The notes: generated by a model from the sequence alone, not told the origin. A stretch of 64,000 nucleotides of DNA from Promethearchaeota archaeon (GCA_019058445.1 JAHPZA010000010.1:64001-128000), one strand, 5' to 3'; shown: positions 10,174 to 18,776, counted from the first letter of the stretch. Program-made: numbers and translations.

Positions 10174-10920
10174 GTGAGAAAAAAAATTCCACGAAGAAAA
10201 CAAAAAGTTAAATATTCTCGTAAACTTGCGTGTCAACATCTTGAACCTATAGGTGATATTTCTAATAGTTTACAACCTTTATGCTATTGCCCTGAGAGGG
10301 ATCTGGTACTTGGAACTAGAGCGTATGTATGCCAAGTATGTTCTCTCTATAACCCTCGTTCAAATATCTCGATATCGGAAATTTATGCTGAAAGTAAAAA
10401 AATTGCAGAAAAACAAATAAAAGAGAAAAAATTGGAATTATCTGAAGTTGACATTGAGGATATAGAATTAGAAGAAGATGTTGACTTATCCATTGACGAA
10501 TTTGAGGAAGAAGAAGAAATTCAATTAAAATTTGAAAAAAGAAAAGCCGGGAAAGCCGATGTTGAGGATAGTGATGATGAATTTGCTGAAGTTGAATGTC
10601 CGTTCTGTGGTGAATTATTTGATGATCTCGCATCACATATTCGAGAATGTGAATTTGCGCCTGAAGATGTTAGCATAGAAGAATATTTACCCTCGAAACC
10701 CAAAAAAAAAAGAAAAAAGAAAAAAGGGCCTGCTAAAGCTGCAAAAGAAAAAGATGGTAAAGCTGCGGGAAAGGCATCAAAAGATAAAAAAGCTTGTCCC
10801 TACTGTGGAAAGGAATTTGTTAGATTGGGACGCCATTTAAAATCTTGTTCCAAAAGACCTGAGGATGCTGATGAAGAAAAAGAAACAAAATTCTTAAATG
10901 GAGAGCTTGATTCACTCTAA
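10174..10920 (+). CDS. Zinc-finger protein with acidic and Lys-rich low-complexity linkers
   Basis: N-terminal Cys cluster and two C2HC fingers (CPFC-x9-H-x3-C, CPYC-x9-H-x3-C). Confidence 0.7.
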   Translation: MRKKIPRRKQKVKYSRKLACQHLEPIGDISNSLQPLCYCPERDLVLGTRAYVCQVCSLYNPRSNISISEIYAESKKIAEKQIKEKKLELSEVDIEDIELEEDVDLSIDEFEEEEEIQLKFEKRKAGKADVEDSDDEFAEVECPFCGELFDDLASHIRECEFAPEDVSIEEYLPSKPKKKRKKKKGPAKAAKEKDGKAAGKASKDKKACPYCGKEFVRLGRHLKSCSKRPEDADEEKETKFLNGELDSL

Positions 10921-10952
10921 GAAATATTTATTTATTATTTTACAATTAATAT

Positions 10953-11870
10953 ATGACAGAAAAGATTAATTATTGCGAGCCAGTTTTTAGACCCCCAAGT
11001 GAAGCTTATTCTTTATTAATTCAACTTACTGAAGGCTGCACTTTCAAATGCGACTTTTGTATGTCAAATCTTCGAAAACATTTTCTTGTTAGAGAAGTTG
11101 AAGATGTGAAAAAGGATCTTAATATTGCTAAAAAGTTATATGCTAATAGGATTAAAAAGATTTTTTTTCTAGATGGTAATGCAATGGTGACTCCCGCTGA
11201 GAAGTTGCTTGAAGTAGTAAAATACGCGAAAGAATTATTTCCAAATTTAGAAAGATGTGCGGTCTATGCTCATGCAAAAGATATCCTCAAAAAGTCTGAT
11301 GAGCAGTTAAGAGAATTATCAGATTCAGGATTAAAAATGGCTTATGTGGGATTTGAATCAGGGTATAATAAACTTTTAAAAGCGGTCAATAAGCATGCAA
11401 CTAAAGAAGAGTTTATTGCTGCTTCAAAAAAGCTTTTCAAGGCGGATATCACCCTTTCAGCAACGTTGATTAACGGACTTGGAGGTGCAGGCAATTTAGA
11501 ACTATCAGAGATGCATGCAAAAGAGTCTGCAGATCTAGTCAATAAAATATGTCCTCTTGATGATAGATTATGGTATATAGCATTTCTTACATTAATGGTG
11601 CCTCAAGGGACGGAGATTTATAAGGAAAAAGCAAGAGGAAAATTCAAGGAAATGGATCAATTTGAAATATTACACGAATTAAAAATATTTATGCAAAATA
11701 TCAAATTTGCAAATAAAAATGCGAACTGTATTTTTCGCTCTAATCATGCTTCGAACTACTTACCTATTAAAGGAATTTTAGATAGAGATAAAGATAAGAT
11801 TATATCCACTCTCAACTATGGATTGAATCATCCAGAAGTAATGAGACCCGAATTTTATAGGGGATTGTAA
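10953..11870 (+). CDS. Radical SAM protein
   Basis: RPPSEAYSL, CTFKCDFC, YVGFESG, FRSNHASNY. Confidence 0.88.
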   Translation: MTEKINYCEPVFRPPSEAYSLLIQLTEGCTFKCDFCMSNLRKHFLVREVEDVKKDLNIAKKLYANRIKKIFFLDGNAMVTPAEKLLEVVKYAKELFPNLERCAVYAHAKDILKKSDEQLRELSDSGLKMAYVGFESGYNKLLKAVNKHATKEEFIAASKKLFKADITLSATLINGLGGAGNLELSEMHAKESADLVNKICPLDDRLWYIAFLTLMVPQGTEIYKEKARGKFKEMDQFEILHELKIFMQNIKFANKNANCIFRSNHASNYLPIKGILDRDKDKIISTLNYGLNHPEVMRPEFYRGL

Positions 11871-11956
11871 TTTACATCCTTTTTCATTCTCTAAAATAAT
11901 TATGCTATGGAAATAAAACTTGGTAAATTTTTATAATTTTATACATTAATTTTTTC

Positions 11957-12580
11957 ATGAAAATTGCTTTAATTGTTGGATCTCCAAGAAAAAATAGAAG
12001 TTGTAATTTTTTAATTGATAAGGCAATTGAAGGGATTAAATCTGTAGGCGAAGAGTTTGAAATAAAAAAGGTCCAAATTGCTGATTATCAAATATCTCCC
12101 TGCAATGGTTGTGATCAATGTTTAAGACCTCCTAACGATTGTCCTTTGGCAGAAAACGATGATACGAAAAAATTAGAAGAACAAATATTAGGTTCATCAG
12201 CATTGTTTATAGCTGCTCCAAATTACTTTGGATCGGTAAGTTCTCAAATCAAAGTATTAATTGACCGCTCAAGACCATGGAAAATGAAGAATTATTTACT
12301 TAAAGATGTTATTTTTGCTCCTATGGCTTCTACTGGTCTCAGAAATGGCGGAGGAGGAGTTATCTCTGACTTGATCAATTTTGCTCTAATTCAGGGTATG
12401 ATTCTTGTTGGAAATACAGGTGGAAGTCCTGTATTGGAAGGTAACATACCTATTACAAGTCTTCAGAAATTCGCCCTTAAAGAATTTGTAGGTAAAGGAG
12501 AGACAGATGAATTAGCAGGAAAAATCTCATTTGATTTAGGGAAAAGAGTTGCTGAACTTATAAAAAAAATGAACAAGTAA
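11957..12580 (+). CDS. Iron-sulfur flavoprotein / NADPH-dependent FMN reductase (flavodoxin-like)
   Basis: GSPRKN, CNGCDQC...C, APNYFGSVSSQIKVLIDR. Confidence 0.88.
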   Translation: MKIALIVGSPRKNRSCNFLIDKAIEGIKSVGEEFEIKKVQIADYQISPCNGCDQCLRPPNDCPLAENDDTKKLEEQILGSSALFIAAPNYFGSVSSQIKVLIDRSRPWKMKNYLLKDVIFAPMASTGLRNGGGGVISDLINFALIQGMILVGNTGGSPVLEGNIPITSLQKFALKEFVGKGETDELAGKISFDLGKRVAELIKKMNK

Positions 12581-12632
12581 GAATTAATAAGAAAAAATAG
12601 TTTTAAATAAAATTTTTTATTATTTTTAGATT

Positions 12633-12950
12633 TTAATCTTCGTCATAGAATTCAATACTACTATTTTGTTCTTCTGTATCCCTTTCTGATTCTTCCTTGG
12701 TATAAACACCTATATATTTTTCTCCGGGCCATTTTGTATTTATAATAATACCGGATATAATTAAAATAGCAAAGATCACGTAATAGGGGACTAAACTACC
12801 AGTAGGGAAAAATCTTAGCAGGACGTCAACCCAAGATACCATCCAGGCACCAATAGGTGTAACAAAAGGTTTTAAAACGCCTAAAATCAACGCGATAATA
12901 TCTGCTATTATTTGCAAAAATTCAATCCTTTCATATTCTTGGAACCACAT
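12633..12950 (-). CDS. Hypothetical membrane protein
   Basis: Hydrophobic segments and an acidic tail. GGAGG-type RBS upstream. Last gene of a tight three-gene operon. Confidence 0.65.
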   Translation of the reverse strand: MWFQEYERIEFLQIIADIIALILGVLKPFVTPIGAWMVSWVDVLLRFFPTGSLVPYYVIFAILIISGIIINTKWPGEKYIGVYTKEESERDTEEQNSSIEFYDED

Positions 12951-12968
12951 GTTGGTATTTACCTCCTT

Positions 12969-13487
12969 TTACTTTTTCCCTCTCTCGTATTTAATTTTTT
13001 CTCTATTTACCACAAAATCCAAAAGATCATATGCTTTTAAAATCACAGTTAGAAAATAGATTCCCATGTACAGCAGTATCATTTGCTGCAAATTCACTGT
13101 GACAATACCAAAATCCACTAGATCGAATTCTATTTCAAGGGCTCCAGAAAATTTGTAGCTCCATAGATATAAACAATTTAGAATAATCTGGATTAACGCA
13201 AAGGCACCACGTCTAATAGACTGCTTAGGTGCTGAGTAGGCAAAGAATGCTGTTCCAGAGATAATAAGCCCAAAAGCCCAAACATAGAATAGAATTTGAT
13301 TTACTTGCTGTTTATAAGCTTGTAATTCAACACCCTCGACATTAATCGTTTTTATCCAACTAAAAGTCCAAAAAGGGATAAGCACAGTACTAATAAAATA
13401 TATAGCGGCGATTATGGTTCCTCTGAGAATATTTTTAATTTTCGCATTTTCTAATTGCTTTGTAACTCTATCCTTATAAAAACTCAT
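12969..13487 (-). CDS. Hypothetical membrane protein (about 4 TM)
   Basis: Four hydrophobic helices. Starts 3 nt after the upstream stop codon. Confidence 0.7.
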   Translation of the reverse strand: MSFYKDRVTKQLENAKIKNILRGTIIAAIYFISTVLIPFWTFSWIKTINVEGVELQAYKQQVNQILFYVWAFGLIISGTAFFAYSAPKQSIRRGAFALIQIILNCLYLWSYKFSGALEIEFDLVDFGIVTVNLQQMILLYMGIYFLTVILKAYDLLDFVVNREKIKYERGKK

Positions 13488-13490
13488 TTT

Positions 13491-14054
13491 TTACACCTTC
13501 TCCTCAAATCCTCCTAAATCCATATCCTCTATATCTGCTTCAAATGAAATTAGTCCCAAGGAATATTTTGCCGAAATTTTTAATTCTTCTGCTACAAAAT
13601 CAAATATCGGATCTCTTGTTAAATCAGCATTCAGGGCAATATCAGTAAAATTTACATAGTCTATATCTTCATAATCAATACCAATTTTAAATTTCTTTTT
13701 CTCCCCGGCAGGAATGGTTGCAAATGATTTCTCATCTTCATAGAGTTTTACTTCTGTTGTAACATTGCCACTAACAGTAACTCTATCGTACACTAGATTT
13801 AACAACATCTCTACTTCCAGATCTTCTAAATCAAAATACCCCAAGTTATTAATTTCAAATTCAATATCAATTTCAAAGCTATTTGGATCAATAAATGGGT
13901 TGCCATCATAAGATACGTCAATATCGATATTTTCTTCATTAGTTAATATGAGTGCCGCAGAATACCCCCCTAGAAATGACACTAAAGACATTGAGGAAGC
14001 TAATATAAAGAGGAAGATTCGAACAATTAATCGAAAAATTCTTTCTGGTCTCAT
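13491..14054 (-). CDS. Membrane-anchored protein with an acidic beta-rich (LEA_2/WHy-like?) domain
   Basis: N-terminal TM helix, then alternating beta pattern (IEFEINNLGYFDLEDLEVE). The fold call is tentative. Confidence 0.6.
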   Translation of the reverse strand: MRPERIFRLIVRIFLFILASSMSLVSFLGGYSAALILTNEENIDIDVSYDGNPFIDPNSFEIDIEFEINNLGYFDLEDLEVEMLLNLVYDRVTVSGNVTTEVKLYEDEKSFATIPAGEKKKFKIGIDYEDIDYVNFTDIALNADLTRDPIFDFVAEELKISAKYSLGLISFEADIEDMDLGGFEEKV

Positions 14055-14269
14055 AATTGTTCTCCTATATTCTTTTTATTATTTTCATTTCTTTTTGTTC
14101 AATTTTATAGGTAAATTGTGACTAATTAAAATTATAAAGTTCCATCTATTAAAATTTATATATTTTTCTATAGGAGAAAAATCATTATTTTACTTCTTTA
14201 CTTTAGAAATTTCAGATAAAATTGAAAGGTAAAAAAAAAAAGATGCTAATTAAAAAACCGGTCGCAACC

Positions 14270-14314
14270 GTAAATCGCTAATCTTCTAACATTTATCAAG
14301 ATTAGTTCATTTTT
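14270..14314 (-). promoter_or_regulatory. Eukaryote-type SECIS element 1 (3' UTR of 14324..14686)
   Basis: Minus strand AUGAA-CUAAUCUU-GAUAAAUGUUAG-AAGAUUAG-CGAU. It has an AUGA/GA kink-turn core, an 8-bp stem and AAA 11 nt after AUGAN. AUGA lies 13 nt after the stop codon. Confidence 0.85.
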
Positions 14315-14323
14315 TTAAAAGAA

Positions 14324-14686
14324 TTAAATATGTTCTATTTCCAATGAAAACGAGCCTCTGTATTTACCAAAAAGTTTCCATGTATGTGCATCGATTTTAA
14401 TTGTTTTTGAGTTACTTTTTAATTCATTTTTCAGGTATTTATCAATATAAATATCAAATCCACCATTATCAACTTCAATTTGATTCCATTTTTCAAAATG
14501 AGGATTATTAGCAACTTTATGTTTCTCAACTAATTGAACAACATCACTGCAAAATGTTCCGGATCAAGATCTGGTAAAGTATCTATAAATAGCAAAAACT
14601 AAATCATTTAACTTATTTTGTTTAACGATTTTATTATGCTTTTCCTGTAAAAGTGTTAAGGCTCTTTCTGATATTTCTAAATTCAT
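14324..14686 (-). CDS. Putative selenoprotein, HesB/IscA-like (CC/Se-motif-like) fold, 120 aa, Sec41 (UGA at 14564-14566)
   Basis: MNLEISERALTLLQEKHNKIVKQNKLNDLVFAIYRYFTRS-U-SGTFCSDVVQLVEKHKV...GGFDIYIDK...KTIKIDAHTWKLFGKYRGSFSLEIEHI*. GGAG RBS. Homologous on both sides of the UGA to the two neighbouring genes. SECIS downstream. Absent from the ORF track. Confidence 0.85.
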
Positions 14687-14809
14687 CAATATACTCCTAA
14701 TCTTTGCTCAAAACTTTTTATTATTTATTTCTTTATAAATGAAAAAAGCTGAGAACTAAAAATAATATGGTTTATAATTTAAAATTTTAAGAATAATTTT
14801 AGTTATAAA

Positions 14810-15154
14810 TTATTTTTTATCTTCCTTTAAAATGAGAGATACAAATTCATCTTCAAATTTCTCAGTTTTCTGTATGTCTATTAATATTTTTCCTATCTCT
14901 GGAAAATCTTTTAATATCCTTCTTTCAATATAAATAAGAACAGTATTACCATAACCATCATCAACTTCTTCATATTTTTCGTATAGATCTATCTCAATTT
15001 TCGCCTCAGTAAAATTTAATTCAAGATAATAATCTAAATATGACCCCGCACAAGCCTGTTTGCTAATTTGATATATGAGAATTACAGGTTTTACATTTCT
15101 GCCTTCTTTTCGTGCCTGAATATATTCAATTGTGTCTTTTGTTAAAGAAAACAT
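14810..15154 (-). CDS. Cys-containing paralog of the flanking selenoproteins (HesB/IscA-like fold)
   Basis: MFSLTKDTIEYI...VILIYQISKQA-C-AGSYL...VLIYIE...KILIDI. The Cys aligns with the UGA of the neighbours. No SECIS in its 3' UTR. Confidence 0.75.
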   Translation of the reverse strand: MFSLTKDTIEYIQARKEGRNVKPVILIYQISKQACAGSYLDYYLELNFTEAKIEIDLYEKYEEVDDGYGNTVLIYIERRILKDFPEIGKILIDIQKTEKFEDEFVSLILKEDKK

Positions 15155-15259
15155 TTTTAAATTCCTTTATTAAAACTTATTATGTTTATTAATTATCATT
15201 TTTACCTCATTTTACGTTCTCATTATTCTATTTTCATATATGGAACGGGTGCATAACCG

Positions 15260-15300
15260 CAAATCATTTTTCTTCTAACATTTTAAAGAAAAACTCATAT
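15260..15300 (-). promoter_or_regulatory. Eukaryote-type SECIS element 2 (3' UTR of 15302..15682)
   Basis: Minus strand AUGAG-UUUUUCUU-UAAAAUGUUAG-AAGAAAAA-UGAU. Same architecture and the same AAAUGUUAGAAGA as SECIS 1, with compensatory stem changes. Confidence 0.85.
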
Positions 15301-15301
15301 T

Positions 15302-15682
15302 TTAACCATATACATCTTTTTGTTTCTTAAGAAATAATAAACCCATTTGCTCACCATTCAATTCACCAAGTGCCACATCAATTAGTACTATAGTTTTTTG
15401 TGTTAATTCTTGGATCAAATCATTTTCAATATAAACTTCAATATTAGGGTCATCTATTATCTCATTCCATTGAATAAAATTTTCCTTTTCATCAAGAACC
15501 TTATGCTTTTCGACTAATTCGATGACATTACCACAGAAGGCCATTGTTCAACTCCCCCCAGAATAATAGAAAATCACCAGAACATATTTATTTAGCTCGT
15601 TCAATATTTCATTCTGTTCAAATGGTTTATTCTTATTGTAAATAAAATCCAATGCTTTTTTAGAGATTTGTATTTTAAACAA
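15302..15682 (-). CDS. Putative selenoprotein, HesB/IscA-like fold, 126 aa, Sec45 (UGA at 15548-15550)
   Basis: TTG start after an AGGTGG RBS: MFKIQISKKALDFIYNKNKPFEQNEILNELNKYVLVIFYYSGGS-U-TMAFCGNVIELVEKHKV... The ORF track reports only the part after the UGA (15302..15544). Confidence 0.85.
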
Positions 15683-15908
15683 AAACCACCTACTTTAATT
15701 CTTGATTAATTAATATTTATGAAATAAATAGTTAAAATTTATCAAAAAGCTTTGGATTTCTCGATCCTTAAGCATTGATTTCAAAAGCCAGAATGGTTTT
15801 TTTATGATAATTAATTAACCAAAACCAATAAGTAGAAATATCATTATTTCTACATTTTTTTTAACCATTTAACAACTAACTCTTAAATAGAAAATAAAAT
15901 GAATTAGA

Positions 15909-18776
15909 GTGGAAATAATGGAAATAAATGCACATTCATTAGAAGTTCAAGAAGTAGTTAATAAAATGAATACTTCATTGGACACAGGATTATCTGAAAA
16001 AGAGGTAAATAAAAGAATTGAGGAGTATGGTTTAAACGAATTACGAGAAACTAAAAAAATTTCAGCATGGCAAATCTTTTTAAGTCAGTTTAAGGATTTT
16101 CTGGTTTACTTATTATTATTTGCAATTGCTATATCCCTTATCGTTGGATTTTATGAACTCTCTGTTGGGGAGGAACCTTCTGAATTCTTAGATGCTTTAG
16201 TAATATTTATAATATTAATTATTAACGCGGTTTTAGGATTTTATCAAGAGTATAAAGCAGAACAGGCATTAGAAAGCTTAAAAAGGATGGCCCCCCATAA
16301 TGCTAAAGTTAAAAGGGATGGGATGGTAAAAGAAATTGAGGTAAAATATGTAGTACCTGGAGATATCTTGCAATTAGATGAGGGTGATAAATTACCTGCT
16401 GATGCAAGGTTAATCCAAGCATATTCTTTATATATTGATGAAGCGATTCTTACTGGTGAATCTCAACCTGTCGAAAAAAATCTTAAATTAGTTGAAGAAA
16501 AGACAATTCTTGCAGATCGTAAAAATATGGTGTATAGCAATACAATAATAACTCGAGGTAATGGAGTAGCAATTGCTGTAGCAACCGGAATGCAGACAGA
16601 GATTGGAAAAATTGCTGAAAAAATTCAAGCAGAAGAACCTGAACCAAGTCCATTTCAAATTGAAGTTGACCGTTTTGGAAAATCTTTAGGGAAAATTATA
16701 TTGATTGTATGTTTTTTGGTTTTCTTAATAGAATTCTTTATAATCATATTAACTGAGGGTTTAGAATTTGGAAGGGAAGAAGTAGGCCATATAGTTGCCG
16801 CTTTAACTATAGCTATAAGTCTAGCAGTTTCCGCTGTACCAGAAGGATTAATAGTGGTAATAACAGTAGTTATGAGTATAGGAATGAGAAAGATGGCAGA
16901 TAGAAATGCATTGGTGAAGACTCTTACTGCTGTTGAAACTTTAGGACGGGTAAATATAATATGCTCAGATAAAACTGGCACACTTACTAAAAATGAGATG
17001 ACTATTGTAAAACTATTTCTTGGAGGAAATGAATATAATGTAGAGGGCGTGGGTTATAATGTTGAGGGAAAAATTTTAAATGAATCCGGGAATGCTGTGT
17101 CATTGGACTTATCGTATTTAAAGAGATTTTTAGAAGTAGGAAATTTTTGTAATAATTCTAGTGTAATTATTAATGAGGATGGAGTAAGTACTGATGTTGT
17201 GGGAGACCCGACTGAGATCTGCTTTAAAATTTTAGCATTGAAAATGAGTCTTGATACTAAAGCTGAGAAACTTAATGAAATCCCCTTTAGCTCTGATAGA
17301 AAAATGATGTCTGTTGCCATAAAAATCGATAATAAAATATATTCTTTTCTTAAAGGAGCACCTGATGTTTTATTAAAAAATGCAGCAAAAGGATTTTATA
17401 ATGGAGAAGAAAAACCGATTAATGAGATTAAAGACACCTTTCTTAATAAAAATGAAGAATTTGGTAAAAATGCTTTAAGAGTCTTAGGATTGGCATATAA
17501 ACCACTACATGAAGGTTATAATGAAGAGGATATGGAAAAAGATTACGTATATCTCGGACTTGTAGGTATTATAGATCCTGCTCGAGATGAGGTTAAAAAA
17601 TCAATAGTTCAGGCAAGAATGGCAGGAATTCGAACTATTATGATCACAGGAGATCATAAAATTACCGCAATTGCGATTGCTAAAGAGATTGGTTTAACTG
17701 ATAACGATGATGCTATAACTGGTGCGGAGTTAGAGGAGATATCGGATGAAAATTTAGCAAATCGGCTTCAAAATATAGATGTATTTGCAAGAGTCACATC
17801 GGAACATAAATTACGTATCCTTAAAATCTTAAAGACTCAAGGAAATGTTGTTTCGATGACCGGTGATGGAGTAAACGATGCTCCTGCTGTAAAAGGGGCG
17901 AATGTTGGAGTTGCTATGGGCTTAAAAGGAACTGAAGTCACGCAAGAAGCTTCGGATATGATCCTTATTGATGATAATTATGCCACTATTGTAAATGCGA
18001 TCGAAGAAGGAAGGGGTATTTTTGAAACTACTAAATGTTTCTTTAGATATATGCTAAGCGCAAATTTTGATGAAATAATCCTAATCTTAACAGCCTGGAT
18101 TCTTATGAAGCTTTTCGTTAATGTTTATCTCGCTATACCCCTTGAACCTATACAAATATTATGGTTAAATATTGCCACTGATGGTATTCCGGCGATGGTC
18201 TTAGGTTTAACTCCTACTGATCCTGATGTGATGAATTTTAAACCGCGTAAAGGTTTTAATATGATTGCTGATATCAAGAAAGCCATAATATTTGTGGCCA
18301 TTTTTGCAGCAATCACTGATGTGGCATTATATGTAGTTTGTTGGTCAATTTTAATTCCTGCTTGGAGTGATCCAAATTCACCTTGGTATGATCCCCGTTT
18401 AGTCAATGGAACTACGATTTGGGGCGTGAAATATTCAGCAGAGGAGTATCAAATTGGTGTAGTACAAACTATTGTTTTTACTAATGTAGTCTTTTTCGAA
18501 TTATTCTTTGTATTCTCATGTACTTCTGAATATAAACCAATGTGGGAATTTCCAAACAAACATTTATTCTGGGCGACAGCAGTATCATTTGGATTACACT
18601 TGGCAATTTTATTTACACCACTTTGCATCGCATTCCATGCAGTACCGATGGATCGATGGTTTTACTGGCTAGCAATTTTTTTGGGTTCAATTTTTATTAT
18701 ACCTGCTGAAGAAACAAGAAAATACTTAAAAAGAAGAAATTTTCAAAAAAGTCCACAAAATTTTGAAATCTCATAA
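15909..18776 (+). CDS. P-type ATPase, P2A (SERCA-like Ca2+-transporting)
   Basis: TGES, PEGL, DKTGT phosphorylation site, KGAP, TGDGVNDAPA. TM motifs SANFDE, NIATDG and FFEL. Confidence 0.93.
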   Translation: MEIMEINAHSLEVQEVVNKMNTSLDTGLSEKEVNKRIEEYGLNELRETKKISAWQIFLSQFKDFLVYLLLFAIAISLIVGFYELSVGEEPSEFLDALVIFIILIINAVLGFYQEYKAEQALESLKRMAPHNAKVKRDGMVKEIEVKYVVPGDILQLDEGDKLPADARLIQAYSLYIDEAILTGESQPVEKNLKLVEEKTILADRKNMVYSNTIITRGNGVAIAVATGMQTEIGKIAEKIQAEEPEPSPFQIEVDRFGKSLGKIILIVCFLVFLIEFFIIILTEGLEFGREEVGHIVAALTIAISLAVSAVPEGLIVVITVVMSIGMRKMADRNALVKTLTAVETLGRVNIICSDKTGTLTKNEMTIVKLFLGGNEYNVEGVGYNVEGKILNESGNAVSLDLSYLKRFLEVGNFCNNSSVIINEDGVSTDVVGDPTEICFKILALKMSLDTKAEKLNEIPFSSDRKMMSVAIKIDNKIYSFLKGAPDVLLKNAAKGFYNGEEKPINEIKDTFLNKNEEFGKNALRVLGLAYKPLHEGYNEEDMEKDYVYLGLVGIIDPARDEVKKSIVQARMAGIRTIMITGDHKITAIAIAKEIGLTDNDDAITGAELEEISDENLANRLQNIDVFARVTSEHKLRILKILKTQGNVVSMTGDGVNDAPAVKGANVGVAMGLKGTEVTQEASDMILIDDNYATIVNAIEEGRGIFETTKCFFRYMLSANFDEIILILTAWILMKLFVNVYLAIPLEPIQILWLNIATDGIPAMVLGLTPTDPDVMNFKPRKGFNMIADIKKAIIFVAIFAAITDVALYVVCWSILIPAWSDPNSPWYDPRLVNGTTIWGVKYSAEEYQIGVVQTIVFTNVVFFELFFVFSCTSEYKPMWEFPNKHLFWATAVSFGLHLAILFTPLCIAFHAVPMDRWFYWLAIFLGSIFIIPAEETRKYLKRRNFQKSPQNFEIS

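Noticed and set aside
14750-14806. Inverted repeat (AACTAAAA/TTTTAGTT) in the 3' UTR of the Cys paralog as a possible SECIS
   Set aside because: No AUGA/GA core and no AAAUGUUAG motif. It is a low-complexity AT-rich match.
15302-15544. 80-aa ORF starting MAFCG as given in the ORF track
   Set aside because: It is the post-UGA fragment of 15302..15682. The upstream part has an RBS, a start codon and homology to the paralogs.
14324-15682. Reading the two TGA-interrupted genes as pseudogenes
   Set aside because: Independent nonsense mutations at the same Cys-aligned codon in two diverged paralogs, each with an intact downstream frame and a SECIS-like hairpin, are much less parsimonious than Sec recoding.
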